Below, piece after piece: positions 8,413 to 18,445 of a DNA stretch of 32,000 bases. The stretch spans positions 180,001-212,000 of the forward strand of contig JBDHVY010000001.1 in the NCBI GenBank assembly GCA_039809905.1. The letters run 5' to 3'. The notes beneath the pieces are model-generated. The model did no database searches, had not been told where the DNA came from, and was given only the letters and a program-made list of their open reading frames with translations. Source of the stretch: Candidatus Babelota bacterium. GTDB lineage: Bacteria; Babelota; Babeliae; Babelales; Vermiphilaceae. The first letter of the stretch is position 1. Every line of letters starts with the position of its first letter. A program made the position numbers and the translations under genes.

Positions 8413-9300
8413 ATACATCATGCGGCGTCTAAAAAATTTTACCATCTCAGCTACATAATCGTGCCGATCAGGAGCTACATCAACAAGGTCAACACCACGA
8501 CGTTTAAATAATTTACTTTGCTGTTCAATCCGTGCTCCTAAAAATCTTTTGACATCATTGTTGAAAGCTCCCCTTAAATCTAATTCTACAAGCTCTCCTG
8601 TTTCCAAATCTTCAACAGTAATAAATCCAACCGATGGCATTATTTTTTCATTTGCATCCAAACAACGCACCGCAATCAAATCAAATTTATGAGCTGCTTG
8701 AGCAAGATATGTATCTAAGTTTTCATCAATAAAATCTGAGACGAGAAACACTATCGCATCACTTTTTTTAATTGAAAGGAGATGTTGTAATGCTTGTGAT
8801 ATATCTGTTTTTGATTGTCGCGGAGTAAAACTGAGCATTGTTTCAATAATACGGTGAATATGATTTAAGCTACTGCCTGCTGGAATATATTCTTCAATTT
8901 TATCAGAAAATAATACAAGCCCAACATGATCTTTACCATGCTGAGCTACTAATGCCAATACACTAGCTAGTTCAGTAATGCGACTATATTTATTATGCTG
9001 ACCAGAGCCAAATATACTCGATTGCGAAACATCAACGGCTAGAAAAACCGTACGGCTACGCTCTTCAATATATTGCTTAACCAATACTTTATTCGTTCGT
9101 GCCGATGCTTTCCAATCAATAAAGCGTATATCATCACCAAAAGCATAATCACGAATTTGATCAAACTCAAAACCGCTTCCTTTGGTTGCAGAACGGCTAT
9201 CTCCAACAAGTGCGCCATTGAGCAATCGCCGCGTAAGAATCTCGAGTTGTTTGATTTTGCTTACAATTTCAGGTGAAATTGTTTTCTTTTTTTGCATCAT
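8410..9300 (-). CDS. DUF58 domain protein
   Basis: Family signature GSGFEFDQIRDYAFGDDIRFIDWKASARTNKVLVKQYIEERSRTVFLAVDVSQSS. Confidence 0.93.
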   Translation of the reverse strand: MMQKKKTISPEIVSKIKQLEILTRRLLNGALVGDSRSATKGSGFEFDQIRDYAFGDDIRFIDWKASARTNKVLVKQYIEERSRTVFLAVDVSQSSIFGSGQHNKYSRITELASVLALVAQHGKDHVGLVLFSDKIEEYIPAGSSLNHIHRIIETMLSFTPRQSKTDISQALQHLLSIKKSDAIVFLVSDFIDENLDTYLAQAAHKFDLIAVRCLDANEKIMPSVGFITVEDLETGELVELDLRGAFNNDVKRFLGARIEQQSKLFKRRGVDLVDVAPDRHDYVAEMVKFFRRRMMY

Positions 9301-9373
9301 AGATTACTCACCACTATATGTGGAAAAATCTTCTTAATCGCTTGGATAATTTGCATACCACTCTCCTTTTTAT

Positions 9374-9409
9374 CGGGGTCCCAACGTAGTGCAACGAAGT
9401 TGGGGTTTA
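9374..9409 (-). repeat. Hairpin element copy C (sense: TAAACCCCAACTTCGTTGCACTACGTTGGGACCCCG)
   Basis: CCCAAC/GTTGGG arms followed by ACCCC. The element starts with the serS stop codon. Confidence 0.7.
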
Positions 9410-10642
9410 TAATAACCCTTCTTTCATCAAAATCTCAGGAAGTTTTATAGTTCCATCAGGTTGCTGATATGTTTCCATCAAAGCTACCATTAATCGCGGA
9501 AGCGCTAGTGATGAACCATTAAGCGTATGAACTAACTGAGCCTTATCATCGATTTTATCTTTAAATCTAATCATGCCACGACGCGCCTGAAAATCAGTAC
9601 AATTACTGACTGATGCTATTTCTTTATATTCATTTTGTCCAGGACACCAGACTTCAATATCATATGTTTTTGCTGATGAAAATGACATATCCTGAGTTGC
9701 TAAAATTAAAATACGATAATGCAAGCCTAATATTTGCAAAATTTCTTCTGCGCACGCAAGCATACGCTCATGCTCATTCCATGATTCCTCTGGAGCACAA
9801 ATGGATACAATTTCCACTTTTTCAAATTGACGCATTCTAATAAGTCCGCGTTCATTTGCACCATAACCGCCACCTTCACGTCTAAAACAGCTCGTAAAAG
9901 CCGTCATGCGTATTGGTAAGTCGCGTTTCATGACAATCTGATCACGATAGATATTGGTCAAATTAACTTCTGAAGTTGGCGTTAAAAAGAGGTCATCGCC
10001 AGGAACAGCAAATGCTTGATCTTTAAATCGAGGGAAGTTGCCAGTAACTTCTAAGCTTTTTTCATTCAACAAAACTGATGGCAATACTAAATTAAATCCT
10101 CGCTTATTGTTGTGCTTAAGCATAAACATAGCAAGAGAATATAATAATTTAACGCCATCACCTTTGTACAAAGCAAAATTAGCTCCGGCAAGTTTTGTTG
10201 CAGCTTCAAAATCAAGCCAACCAAGTTTTTCACCAAGCTCAACATGATTTTTTAACGGAAAATTATAGGTTGGTTTGATACCGTTATAACGATCAACTAC
10301 GTTATCTAAGACTGTTCCTAGTGGTACGGAATCATCAGCAAGATTAGGACACATAAGATATAATTGTTGAAATGCTTGTTCAACATCAACAAGTTCATGC
10401 TCTTTGCTTTTTAATTGCTCGCTTATTTCAACCGATTGAGCACGCAATTCAGGAGTAATACCATCACGTCCTTTTTTTGCTAATTCATTCTTATGCGAAC
10501 GCAAATTCTCAACATCTAAGCGAATAGCACGTAATTTTTTATCCAATGCAATTAACTGATTACTATCAAAACCAGGATCCTTTTTTGCTACTGCTGCAAT
10601 AAATATCTCTGGCGTTTCGCGCAACATGTTAAGATCAACCAT
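9407..10642 (-). CDS. serS: Seryl-tRNA synthetase
   Basis: N-terminal coiled coil plus class II motifs (TSEVNLTNIYRDQI, TAFTSCFRREGGGYGANERGLIRMRQFEKVE, EIASVSNCTDFQARRGMIRF, HTLNGSSLALPRLMVALMETYQ). Confidence 0.97.
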   Translation of the reverse strand: MVDLNMLRETPEIFIAAVAKKDPGFDSNQLIALDKKLRAIRLDVENLRSHKNELAKKGRDGITPELRAQSVEISEQLKSKEHELVDVEQAFQQLYLMCPNLADDSVPLGTVLDNVVDRYNGIKPTYNFPLKNHVELGEKLGWLDFEAATKLAGANFALYKGDGVKLLYSLAMFMLKHNNKRGFNLVLPSVLLNEKSLEVTGNFPRFKDQAFAVPGDDLFLTPTSEVNLTNIYRDQIVMKRDLPIRMTAFTSCFRREGGGYGANERGLIRMRQFEKVEIVSICAPEESWNEHERMLACAEEILQILGLHYRILILATQDMSFSSAKTYDIEVWCPGQNEYKEIASVSNCTDFQARRGMIRFKDKIDDKAQLVHTLNGSSLALPRLMVALMETYQQPDGTIKLPEILMKEGLL

Positions 10643-10786
10643 GAATACCTCTAAAAACAGTTAGACGATCTAGACTTTATCGTAAAAATAATACCTCAAA
10701 ATAACACTTTTTACTATAAACTTAATTTTTTTGGTGTATATTGATTTACCAAATAAATTATACAAATTTTAATTAATAGGCTCGTA

Positions 10787-13700
10787 ATGCTTACAAATCT
10801 GATTTATACATCATATATTTTTTGTGCAATTATAGCATGCCTACATAATAACTCTCTTATTGGTATGGAGGCACTACAACTCTCTCATTCTTCTTTTCTT
10901 TCAGATGGCCTTGATAACGTTTATTCAGGATTTAATAAAGCAATACTGCAAAAACAAGAAGGTAAATCTCAAGAGGCAGTCATCACCCTAATTCATTCCT
11001 ATTCATATGCTCAAAAGCATGGATTACTCAATTCTATCGAGCCTTTTTATTTGCATGGAACTTGCAAATATGTCGGGTTACCTCAGATTGCAGCGCGCCA
11101 TAATGTAACAGCTTTGGCACATAAATATGCCATAATCAATCGTAGTTTTTTAGATGGCATAAGAGATTATCACACGGAAAATATCAAAACAGCAGCAACA
11201 TCATTGCTTCAATCCTATTCGTATGCTCAAAACAACGATATGATTACTTTATTTAATCCTCTTCTTTTAGAAACGGTACGCAAACATTTATTTTCGACAC
11301 AATATATCCAAAAACAATACCAAAGCGCTCTTCCTTTTGCCGATAACACGGTACAAAAGCTGAATCTTTATTCTCATATCGCAAAACAAGCATATACGCA
11401 AGGAAATTTTGCACTTGGACAAGAATGTTATGAAAATATCTTTTCTTTAAAAAAACAAATATCTTGTATTGATACATTTGTACATTATTCAAGATTAGCC
11501 AAAGAATTCGCTACTGATGGGCTCTCGTATTATTTATCTCTTATGTATCTTCAAGATGCCCTTATTAGTCTTGCAGAAAGTAATTTCCATAGATCAGAAG
11601 CACAAAAAAAACGTAATCTGCTTGAGCCTACATTTACCATGCTTAAAGAAGAAGCTTTATCAAAAACTATTCGTGACAAGGCTATTCTTTTAGAAAAATA
11701 TTTTGATATAATAATAGCAATAAAAACATCTGCTCGAGGCCTTATAGAACATCTCTCTAACCCTCAAAAAAAAACCTCCCCTGCATATATGGCACTTATG
11801 CATTTATTCGCTGCATGTATCAATGAAAATATAACCATTGATAGAGCAATCGATATAATGGTTAATAATCCAGAACTTATTCAATTTTGGGATTTAGAAG
11901 GAAATATTGCCATTCCAATACTAGAAAGATTTTTATCAAAAAAAAATCTAAGCATCGAAATTAAAGATCTTTTCCATACCTTTGTTGGGGGATATTACTA
12001 TCATAATGATAATCCAGAAATTACAATTCATCATTTGAAACAATGCAGCACCTTTGAAAATGATCTTTATCTTCAAGCTCTCAGTGCCAAAATAGATAAA
12101 AATCCAGACACTCGCAAAGAAAAAATAAAATCTATAATACCTCTGTTATCTAAATCCTTTGTGCTGAAATCCTCAACCGTAAAAGACAATTCTGCAAAAA
12201 AAATTATCGCTGAAATATGTGGCTACAACAGTTCAGCTCCCCTGCACAATACGTTATCTATGTGCCAAGAATTAGTGATCCTGCTTGCTATTTCAGGCAA
12301 TAATAACTATCCATTAGAATACGTACGAACTTTAATGGCATTAAAAGATCTGAATAAAAAAAAGAATCTGCTTTCTCCTGATCAGAGTAAAACAATAACG
12401 ATGCTCAATATATATTTTGACTTCTTTTCTCTTCTGCAAGCACATGATCAAAAAAAATTAAGCGCCTTTTTTACAGGAAAAAACAGTTGGTTAAAAGGTA
12501 TAAGACGTCTGGTGCTAGAAACGATTGCAGGACATAAAAAAAATTGCCTTCAAAACATCATTTTTGAACAAGAAGTTTTTGAATTTAATGATAATCTTAT
12601 AGAAATTTTAAATCAGATAATACAATATTCTCAAAGCCATTTAAAGATAAGTTCTGAAGAATGCCATTATCTGATGGGTGGATATGCAGCGCAATGTCAC
12701 AATTATGATCAAGCCTTCAAACACTTTCTACAGTGCGATCTTGATAATATTTATGTACGAGCAAAAATTGTAGAAAGCTCTCCGATCAAGGATATGTTAA
12801 CCACTCTTGAATCTTGTATATCGCTGCTCAATAGTGATCGAGAAGATGATAAAACGCGCATGGCAAAAAAAATCATAAGCAACACTATTAACAAACGTCA
12901 TAAAGAATACGTCGACATACTGTTAAAAACTGAAGATTACGAACAAGCATATAAATTTGTGCAATGTCTTGCAGATCTGAATCTATCAACAACTCTTGAA
13001 GCATTATGCGATGCATTCGCCACCATAGAAAAAGCCATTCTACAAAAACCTTATGATGAATATCATGCAATAATGCATATGCCAGCTTATGCCGAAACAT
13101 ATAAAAAAATTGAAACAATCAGCATAAAAAATAATAACGCCGCTTTTTGTAATAAAATTGCATCTATTCTGAAACGGCATAGCAAAAGTATTCATCTTGA
13201 ATCGCGTGATAAAACTATATTAAAAAGAGAGTGCTGTAATTACCTATCTCGCTCTCTCAAAATTAATAATAAAATAACGGATAGCAAATCAGAAAAAAGA
13301 CGTATGTTATTTGGGAAATTAGCGTGTTGTTTTGGAAAAATTGAAAAGTCTATATCTCTACTGGATGAAGCTATTCCCTATAATCCGCAAGCCTTGTATG
13401 AGAAGGCACAACTCTTAAGAAAGCAAGAAAATGTAAGCTCTCAAGATTGGCTGAATATTATAAGCCTTTCAGAACAGCATGTTGCCAGTAACGATAGTGA
13501 CATTCGTCGAGGAAAATCATATTACATTCTTGGAAAGTATCATTTTGAACACACGCGTAAGCGAAAAGCACTTAAATATTTCAAAGCTGCTGCCGATTTG
13601 GGCAATTATGATGCCGCACACTTATTAGCCCTTATGTATATCGATGGCACAGAAAATAATCAAACGCTTAATAAAGAACATGCTCTTATACACTTACAGA

Positions 13701-15451
13701 AAACAATTGAGCTGAAGAAAAAGAGCTCTTATCTTAAAGCGCTTTATATCCGTGCATTGATTTATTACCAAGATAATAAATATGCCCAAGCTCATGAAGA
13801 CTTAGTAACTTTATTAAGTTTCAATGAATACGATGACTCACAAAAACTTTTCTGTCATTGGCTTACCGGATTAACAAAACTGCATCTTAATGAAAATATA
13901 GATGTATCAGATGAAATAAGTTCTCATTTCATGAATGCATATCAAATAGGTCTTGCTCATAAACTTGAGAATCCTGATTCACCATTCATCAAAGAATTTA
14001 TATTAGTCCGTGACGAAAAAACATTGGCGATTGTTCAGAAAAATATTAATCATATTCTAGAGAATAATAAAACTGATAAATCCTCAGTGATTTTTTGTAC
14101 CGTTATGGGCTCCGTTCTTTTTGAACAATGTCAAACTCAACCTATTACCGATATAGTTCGTCAACTTGCAGTGAAAAGTTTGGTCTATGCAGCAGAAAAT
14201 GGTCATTCCGCAGCTCCTTTTTCATTGCTGAAAACAGATGATAAAGAAGTAGATTGCTTGGATAAAATTCATTACCTTGAAGTTTTATTGTTCAACAATC
14301 CTCACTTAAAAGAATCTATTAACCCTGCACTTGCACCAATGTATCCTACTGATGTTCTTAGTCAAGCAACATTAATCACACACTTTGCAAAAAAAAGTAA
14401 TCCTGCTGTATTGCAAAAATATACATCTCAACTGTACGAACATCGCAAACCTCAATTATCAGCAGAGACTATTCCATATCTTTTACTTCCTAATGATGAA
14501 ATTGAACAAATAATGGTAGAATGCATAGGAAATCCCGCATTATTAGATACAGCAAATAATTTTCTGAAAAATCCTTCAAAATCAATTCCTCAAGAACATT
14601 TTATGGCTATTTTTTATGGATCACTGCTTACATACAGCCTTAATTCAGAATTATTGCTTAAGGGAGCTAACTATCTAGAAAAATCTCGTGAATTTTTCCC
14701 TACTATTCAAAAAGAGGATATCGAAAAAAATCTTGGATATATTTATTACAAACTAGGATTGCGCCAGGCAGAGCTTAAGAACCAAGATTCCGCTGTAATT
14801 TATTTTGAAAAAGGTGCTGACCTTGGCAATCAACATTGTGAGCAACTCTTAAAACAATTTTCACCACACAAGCCCACACAAACAAAAAACTGTAACAAAA
14901 CCAATGAATCAACACAACAGATACGTCAAGGTCTGCAACTTGTTATTGTCAATACAACAGAAACACGAGAAAAAGTTAATAATTTATTAGAAAAACAAGC
15001 ACAACACCCTGATTACAAACATCTTATCTCTTCATCAACAGATAACCACCTTAAATCTAATCAGAAAAATAATGTCGACGATATAAAAATACATGAAACA
15101 AAATCTGTGACATCCTTTACGTATGCTTGGGGCTTTTGTAATGAATCAGAAAATATTCAACAGGAAAACAGCCAAATGGCAAAAAAAGCAATAGAATACG
15201 GTTTCAAAGATGCAATCATAAAAAATAGTGGTCATTCCAATAATTTATTTATCAGTCTTTCATCTCTGGGGCATTTATGCAGTTTAGTGGAAATAATAAT
15301 TACAAAAAAAAGCACCATGCAAACGAATCTCTTGTTGAGAACAATAAAAAAAGAATTGATGACTCACAATATAAATATCAAAGCTTTTGAAAGATTTTAT
15401 AAATCATTTTTTAAAGGAAATCTTACTTCTCATAAACATTGGTCAAAATAA
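10787..15451 (+). CDS. Very large (1554 aa) exported TPR/Sel1-like repeat protein
   Basis: Hydrophobic N terminus (LIYTSYIFCAIIACLHNN), many helix-turn-helix repeats, and Sel1/TPR-like units (KYFKAAADLGNYDAAHLLALMYIDGTENNQTLNKEHALIHLQKTIE, YFEKGADLGNQHCEQLL). Confidence 0.8.
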   Translation: MLTNLIYTSYIFCAIIACLHNNSLIGMEALQLSHSSFLSDGLDNVYSGFNKAILQKQEGKSQEAVITLIHSYSYAQKHGLLNSIEPFYLHGTCKYVGLPQIAARHNVTALAHKYAIINRSFLDGIRDYHTENIKTAATSLLQSYSYAQNNDMITLFNPLLLETVRKHLFSTQYIQKQYQSALPFADNTVQKLNLYSHIAKQAYTQGNFALGQECYENIFSLKKQISCIDTFVHYSRLAKEFATDGLSYYLSLMYLQDALISLAESNFHRSEAQKKRNLLEPTFTMLKEEALSKTIRDKAILLEKYFDIIIAIKTSARGLIEHLSNPQKKTSPAYMALMHLFAACINENITIDRAIDIMVNNPELIQFWDLEGNIAIPILERFLSKKNLSIEIKDLFHTFVGGYYYHNDNPEITIHHLKQCSTFENDLYLQALSAKIDKNPDTRKEKIKSIIPLLSKSFVLKSSTVKDNSAKKIIAEICGYNSSAPLHNTLSMCQELVILLAISGNNNYPLEYVRTLMALKDLNKKKNLLSPDQSKTITMLNIYFDFFSLLQAHDQKKLSAFFTGKNSWLKGIRRLVLETIAGHKKNCLQNIIFEQEVFEFNDNLIEILNQIIQYSQSHLKISSEECHYLMGGYAAQCHNYDQAFKHFLQCDLDNIYVRAKIVESSPIKDMLTTLESCISLLNSDREDDKTRMAKKIISNTINKRHKEYVDILLKTEDYEQAYKFVQCLADLNLSTTLEALCDAFATIEKAILQKPYDEYHAIMHMPAYAETYKKIETISIKNNNAAFCNKIASILKRHSKSIHLESRDKTILKRECCNYLSRSLKINNKITDSKSEKRRMLFGKLACCFGKIEKSISLLDEAIPYNPQALYEKAQLLRKQENVSSQDWLNIISLSEQHVASNDSDIRRGKSYYILGKYHFEHTRKRKALKYFKAAADLGNYDAAHLLALMYIDGTENNQTLNKEHALIHLQKTIELKKKSSYLKALYIRALIYYQDNKYAQAHEDLVTLLSFNEYDDSQKLFCHWLTGLTKLHLNENIDVSDEISSHFMNAYQIGLAHKLENPDSPFIKEFILVRDEKTLAIVQKNINHILENNKTDKSSVIFCTVMGSVLFEQCQTQPITDIVRQLAVKSLVYAAENGHSAAPFSLLKTDDKEVDCLDKIHYLEVLLFNNPHLKESINPALAPMYPTDVLSQATLITHFAKKSNPAVLQKYTSQLYEHRKPQLSAETIPYLLLPNDEIEQIMVECIGNPALLDTANNFLKNPSKSIPQEHFMAIFYGSLLTYSLNSELLLKGANYLEKSREFFPTIQKEDIEKNLGYIYYKLGLRQAELKNQDSAVIYFEKGADLGNQHCEQLLKQFSPHKPTQTKNCNKTNESTQQIRQGLQLVIVNTTETREKVNNLLEKQAQHPDYKHLISSSTDNHLKSNQKNNVDDIKIHETKSVTSFTYAWGFCNESENIQQENSQMAKKAIEYGFKDAIIKNSGHSNNLFISLSSLGHLCSLVEIIITKKSTMQTNLLLRTIKKELMTHNINIKAFERFYKSFFKGNLTSHKHWSK

Positions 15452-15454
15452 ATT

Positions 15455-15489
15455 AACACCGGAAGCTAATTAAATTAACTTCCGGTGTT
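15455..15489. terminator. Hairpin between convergent genes
   Basis: AACACCGGAAG...CTTCCGGTGTT, 11-bp perfect arms, between the giant ORF and the HU gene. Confidence 0.75.
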
Positions 15490-15522
15490 GTGTAAAAACT
15501 ATTCTTGCGAAAAGGTTTTTGA

Positions 15523-15810
15523 TTAACCTAGTCTTACGGAACGAACAACTTCACGTAAACTTTTGCCAGCTTTGAAACGAGGTATACTAATTTCAGGCAA
15601 ATCAATACGTTCTTTCGTTGCAGGATTGATTCCTTTGCGAGCTGGTCTATTTGAAATCCAAAAGCTTCCAAATCCTGTGATGGAAACTTTTTCACCTTTT
15701 TTTAATGCACGGCTCACAACACGTGTTAATGAATCCAATACACGAGTGACATCCATTTTACTAAATGTTGTCTCTTCGCTGAGCTCATTAATTAATTCGC
15801 TCTTGTTCAT
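15523..15810 (-). CDS. HU/IHF-family DNA-binding protein
   Basis: MNKSELINELSEET...GEKVSITGFGSFWISNRPARKGINPATKERIDLPEISIPRFKAGKSLREVV. Confidence 0.96.
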   Translation of the reverse strand: MNKSELINELSEETTFSKMDVTRVLDSLTRVVSRALKKGEKVSITGFGSFWISNRPARKGINPATKERIDLPEISIPRFKAGKSLREVVRSVRLG

Positions 15811-16014
15811 ACGAACTCCTCATAATGGTTAGTAAAAATGATTGAAATAAAACACTGTTTCTTCATTAAAACTTTCTTTTAAAAATCCTATCTCACGCTA
15901 CACTAAAAATAGGAGATTGTTGTAAGATATAATAATTTCAGAAAAGTTTGTCAAATTTAATCATAATTAAAAAAAGATATTTACTTTAAAAATATAGTAA
16001 ACAAGGACTTTGTT

Positions 16015-16830
16015 ATGCTCATCGATACGCACTGCCACATCAATATGATGGTAAAATCAACATTTGATACACCACTACAAGAATCTGATATTCCTCATGC
16101 AAAAAAAATTATTGAAACTGCACATAACAACGATGTAAGTATCATCATTAATGTTGGCACACGCGCAATTGAGAATCAAAATTGCATATTACTTGCTCGC
16201 ACATTTAACTCTGTTTATGCAACAGTTGGAATCCATCCCAATGATTCTGATACGTGGCAAGAAGATTTTGAATTACTCAAAAAATGGGTCCTCAATAAAA
16301 AGGATAATAAAGTTGTCGGCATTGGTGAATGCGGCATTGATATGCATTATCCTGACTACAATTTTAATCGTCAGCGCGATGCATTCAAAGCTCAAATAGA
16401 ACTTGCTCTTGAAAATAATCTCGCGCTTGTCATACATAGTCGTGATGCATATGATGAAACATTGCGCATATTAGAAGAATATAAAAATAATATTTCTCGT
16501 GCTACTATGCATTGCTTTTCGTATGATACCGCTTTTGCACAAGCTGTTATCGAATGGAATTTTGTTCTTGGTATTGGTGGAACTCTTACCTATCCAAAAA
16601 ATCAAGAATTACGAAACTGTGTTACCAACATCGATTTAAAAAATATAGTATTAGAAACAGATGCACCATTTTTACCTCCGCAAGCTATACGAGGCAAACA
16701 AAATCATCCTCAAGAGATTAAAACAATAGCAAAATTTTTGGCAGATTTACGGGGAGAAACTTTTGATAATATTGCACATGAAACAACTGATAATGCTTTA
16801 AAATTGTTTGGATTGCATGATTTTTTATAG
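16015..16830 (+). CDS. tatD: TatD-family metal-dependent hydrolase (DNase)
   Basis: IDTHCH, VGIHPND, VGIGECGIDMHYP, LVIHSRDA, HCFSYD, VLETDAPFLPP. Confidence 0.93.
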   Translation: MLIDTHCHINMMVKSTFDTPLQESDIPHAKKIIETAHNNDVSIIINVGTRAIENQNCILLARTFNSVYATVGIHPNDSDTWQEDFELLKKWVLNKKDNKVVGIGECGIDMHYPDYNFNRQRDAFKAQIELALENNLALVIHSRDAYDETLRILEEYKNNISRATMHCFSYDTAFAQAVIEWNFVLGIGGTLTYPKNQELRNCVTNIDLKNIVLETDAPFLPPQAIRGKQNHPQEIKTIAKFLADLRGETFDNIAHETTDNALKLFGLHDFL

Positions 16831-16869
16831 TATTATAAAGGATATTATAATTATTGTTTAAGGAATCAA

Positions 16870-17616
16870 ATGAATTTTTATGCACCAATGTTATTATTAA
16901 CAATATTATTGCAATCCTTTTTGTGTATGAGTATGCATAATAAACAAGCACTAATACTCCCTCAAAAAGATAATCCAAAAAAATATTTCTTAAAAGATAA
17001 TAATGATATACCTATTACTTTTCTTGTGCCATTTGCTGACGATATAAAAATTTTTTTTCCTCGAAAAAAAACAAAACTTTCCCCAAACAACTTCGATGCT
17101 ATACGGCTTATGTCAATAAAAAAGAGAGAAGAAAAGAATCTTATAGGAATAACAAAATCTGAAATGACCTGCAAATCATTATTACCCAAAGACATAAACA
17201 ATAATAAGCCTCGTGCCTCAGTTACCACTGTCAAACCAAAGAAAACTATACCATTGCAGCAACAAGAAAAATATCTACAAAAATTGCTGTACAGTAAACT
17301 AGCGGTTACAGGACAGGTAAGTCTTTTTAATAAATTGAATAAAATGTTACAAAGTCTTCCCATTCATAATAAGATTCAATGCTTTGGTGACATAGAAGCA
17401 TTTTTTAACACTCCTCATCATTTAATTATTATTAAATTAACGGAAACTTGGGTCTCTATGTGTTCTCTCTGCAAACATAAAATTAAATATCTTGAAGAAC
17501 CGTACGAGAAAATATACGATCAAAGTCTAGAAAAATTTGTAGATCAACATTTTGGCTGTTTCAGATGTGAATCTTTGAGCAAACCTTCGCGCAATTACGC
17601 ATCACCTTTGATTTAG
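16870..17616 (+). CDS. Exported hypothetical protein with C-terminal CxxC...CxxC motif
   Basis: Hydrophobic N-terminal segment (APMLLLTILLQSFLCMS) and CSLCKHKIKYLEEPYEKIYDQSLEKFVDQHFGCFRC near the C terminus. Confidence 0.6.
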   Translation: MNFYAPMLLLTILLQSFLCMSMHNKQALILPQKDNPKKYFLKDNNDIPITFLVPFADDIKIFFPRKKTKLSPNNFDAIRLMSIKKREEKNLIGITKSEMTCKSLLPKDINNNKPRASVTTVKPKKTIPLQQQEKYLQKLLYSKLAVTGQVSLFNKLNKMLQSLPIHNKIQCFGDIEAFFNTPHHLIIIKLTETWVSMCSLCKHKIKYLEEPYEKIYDQSLEKFVDQHFGCFRCESLSKPSRNYASPLI

Positions 17617-17663
17617 TTTAGTGCGAGAAAAATTCACCACCGATTTTTTTTTCGCATTAAAAG
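17617..17663. terminator. Probable bidirectional terminator between convergent genes
   Basis: TTTAGTGCGAGAAAAA...TTTTTTTTTCGCATTAAAA forms a long stem (one G-T pair) overlapping the 3' end of the minus-strand YdjM-like gene. Confidence 0.5.
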
Positions 17664-18122
17664 TTTTCTAATCGTATGGCTTATTCCAAAATCAAGCCAT
17701 ATATGAGAAAGAGCGCCAATAATAAAAAAAAGCATATCGAAGAAAATGTGCTGCGATATGCTCGGTACTACGTTACTTATTATAATCCATACAATCAATG
17801 GCATAGCTATAACAAACCATGGATGGTGAAAAATGCCACGATGATTTACAAGCATAGGAGATATAATAAGAAAGCTACAACAAGCCATAACTTCAAACCG
17901 TTGTCGAATTACTAAAATAACAAAAACAAATAATACAACATAATAAAAATACTTCTGGCCTTTACTCTTAATATCAATATCCGGAAACAAAGCCCCTGCA
18001 AAGGCAAATAAAAGCCACTCACTTGCCGTCAGCAATGATGGTTTTATCGTTCCTAATAATGCGCATAAAAGCAGACCATATGCTGCTATTCCACCAATCA
18101 AGTGTCCTTTATAATTAGGCAT
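17634..18122 (-). CDS. YdjM-like membrane-bound metal-dependent hydrolase
   Basis: MPNYKGHLIGG, FAGALFPDIDIKSKGQ, HRGIFHHPW, GALSHIWLDFG and multiple TM segments. The start at 18122 fits the family better than the listed 18158. Confidence 0.8.
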   Translation of the reverse strand: MPNYKGHLIGGIAAYGLLLCALLGTIKPSLLTASEWLLFAFAGALFPDIDIKSKGQKYFYYVVLFVFVILVIRQRFEVMACCSFLIISPMLVNHRGIFHHPWFVIAMPLIVWIIISNVVPSISQHIFFDMLFFIIGALSHIWLDFGISHTIRKLLMRKKNRW

Positions 18123-18372
18123 TACTTCACCACTTATTTTAAATTGCCATAAAAACAACTTTGTAGTATACTATAAGAAATTTAATAATTGGCCACAAAA
18201 AATGAGTTTTGCATGAAAAACAGTCTTGTTTCTGACCATTCTTCTTTTTTTGCATTCCAATTATGTTTCCATGCTTTTACAATAACATCTCTTTTTTCAT
18301 ATTATTATGGTAACTACTCTTAACCGTGAGGATTGTGTATTATCATATAATAAAAAAGTGAAAATGAAATTC

Positions 18373-18403
18373 AAATCCCCGGTAGCACAACCGGGGATTT
18401 TTT
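18373..18403 (+). terminator. Intrinsic terminator upstream of the ABC operon
   Basis: AAATCCCCGGT-AGCACA-ACCGGGGATTT, 11-bp perfect stem and 6-nt loop ending in a T6 tract. Located 43 nt before the ATG at 18446. Confidence 0.85.
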
Positions 18404-18445
18404 ATAACAATTTATAGCCAAACGTATAGCCTATAAGGATCTTTA

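Noticed and set aside
9073-10247. Plus-strand ORFs 9073-9276, 9613-9840 and 10038-10247
   Set aside because: Reverse-strand shadows of DUF58 and serS with no domain or ribosome-binding support.
11253-13118. Minus-strand ORFs inside the giant TPR/Sel1 gene
   Set aside because: Their position and amino-acid composition are those expected from reverse translation of the large ORF.
15875-15925. Small inverted repeat ATCCTAT...ATAGGA upstream of the HU gene
   Set aside because: Short stem with a long loop in AT-rich DNA; may be regulatory, but support is insufficient.
16962-17363. 133-aa minus-strand ORF opposite the exported CxxC protein
   Set aside because: Phe/Leu/Ser-rich composition is the mirror of a Lys-rich coding strand. 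The plus-strand ORF has a better leader and cysteine motif.
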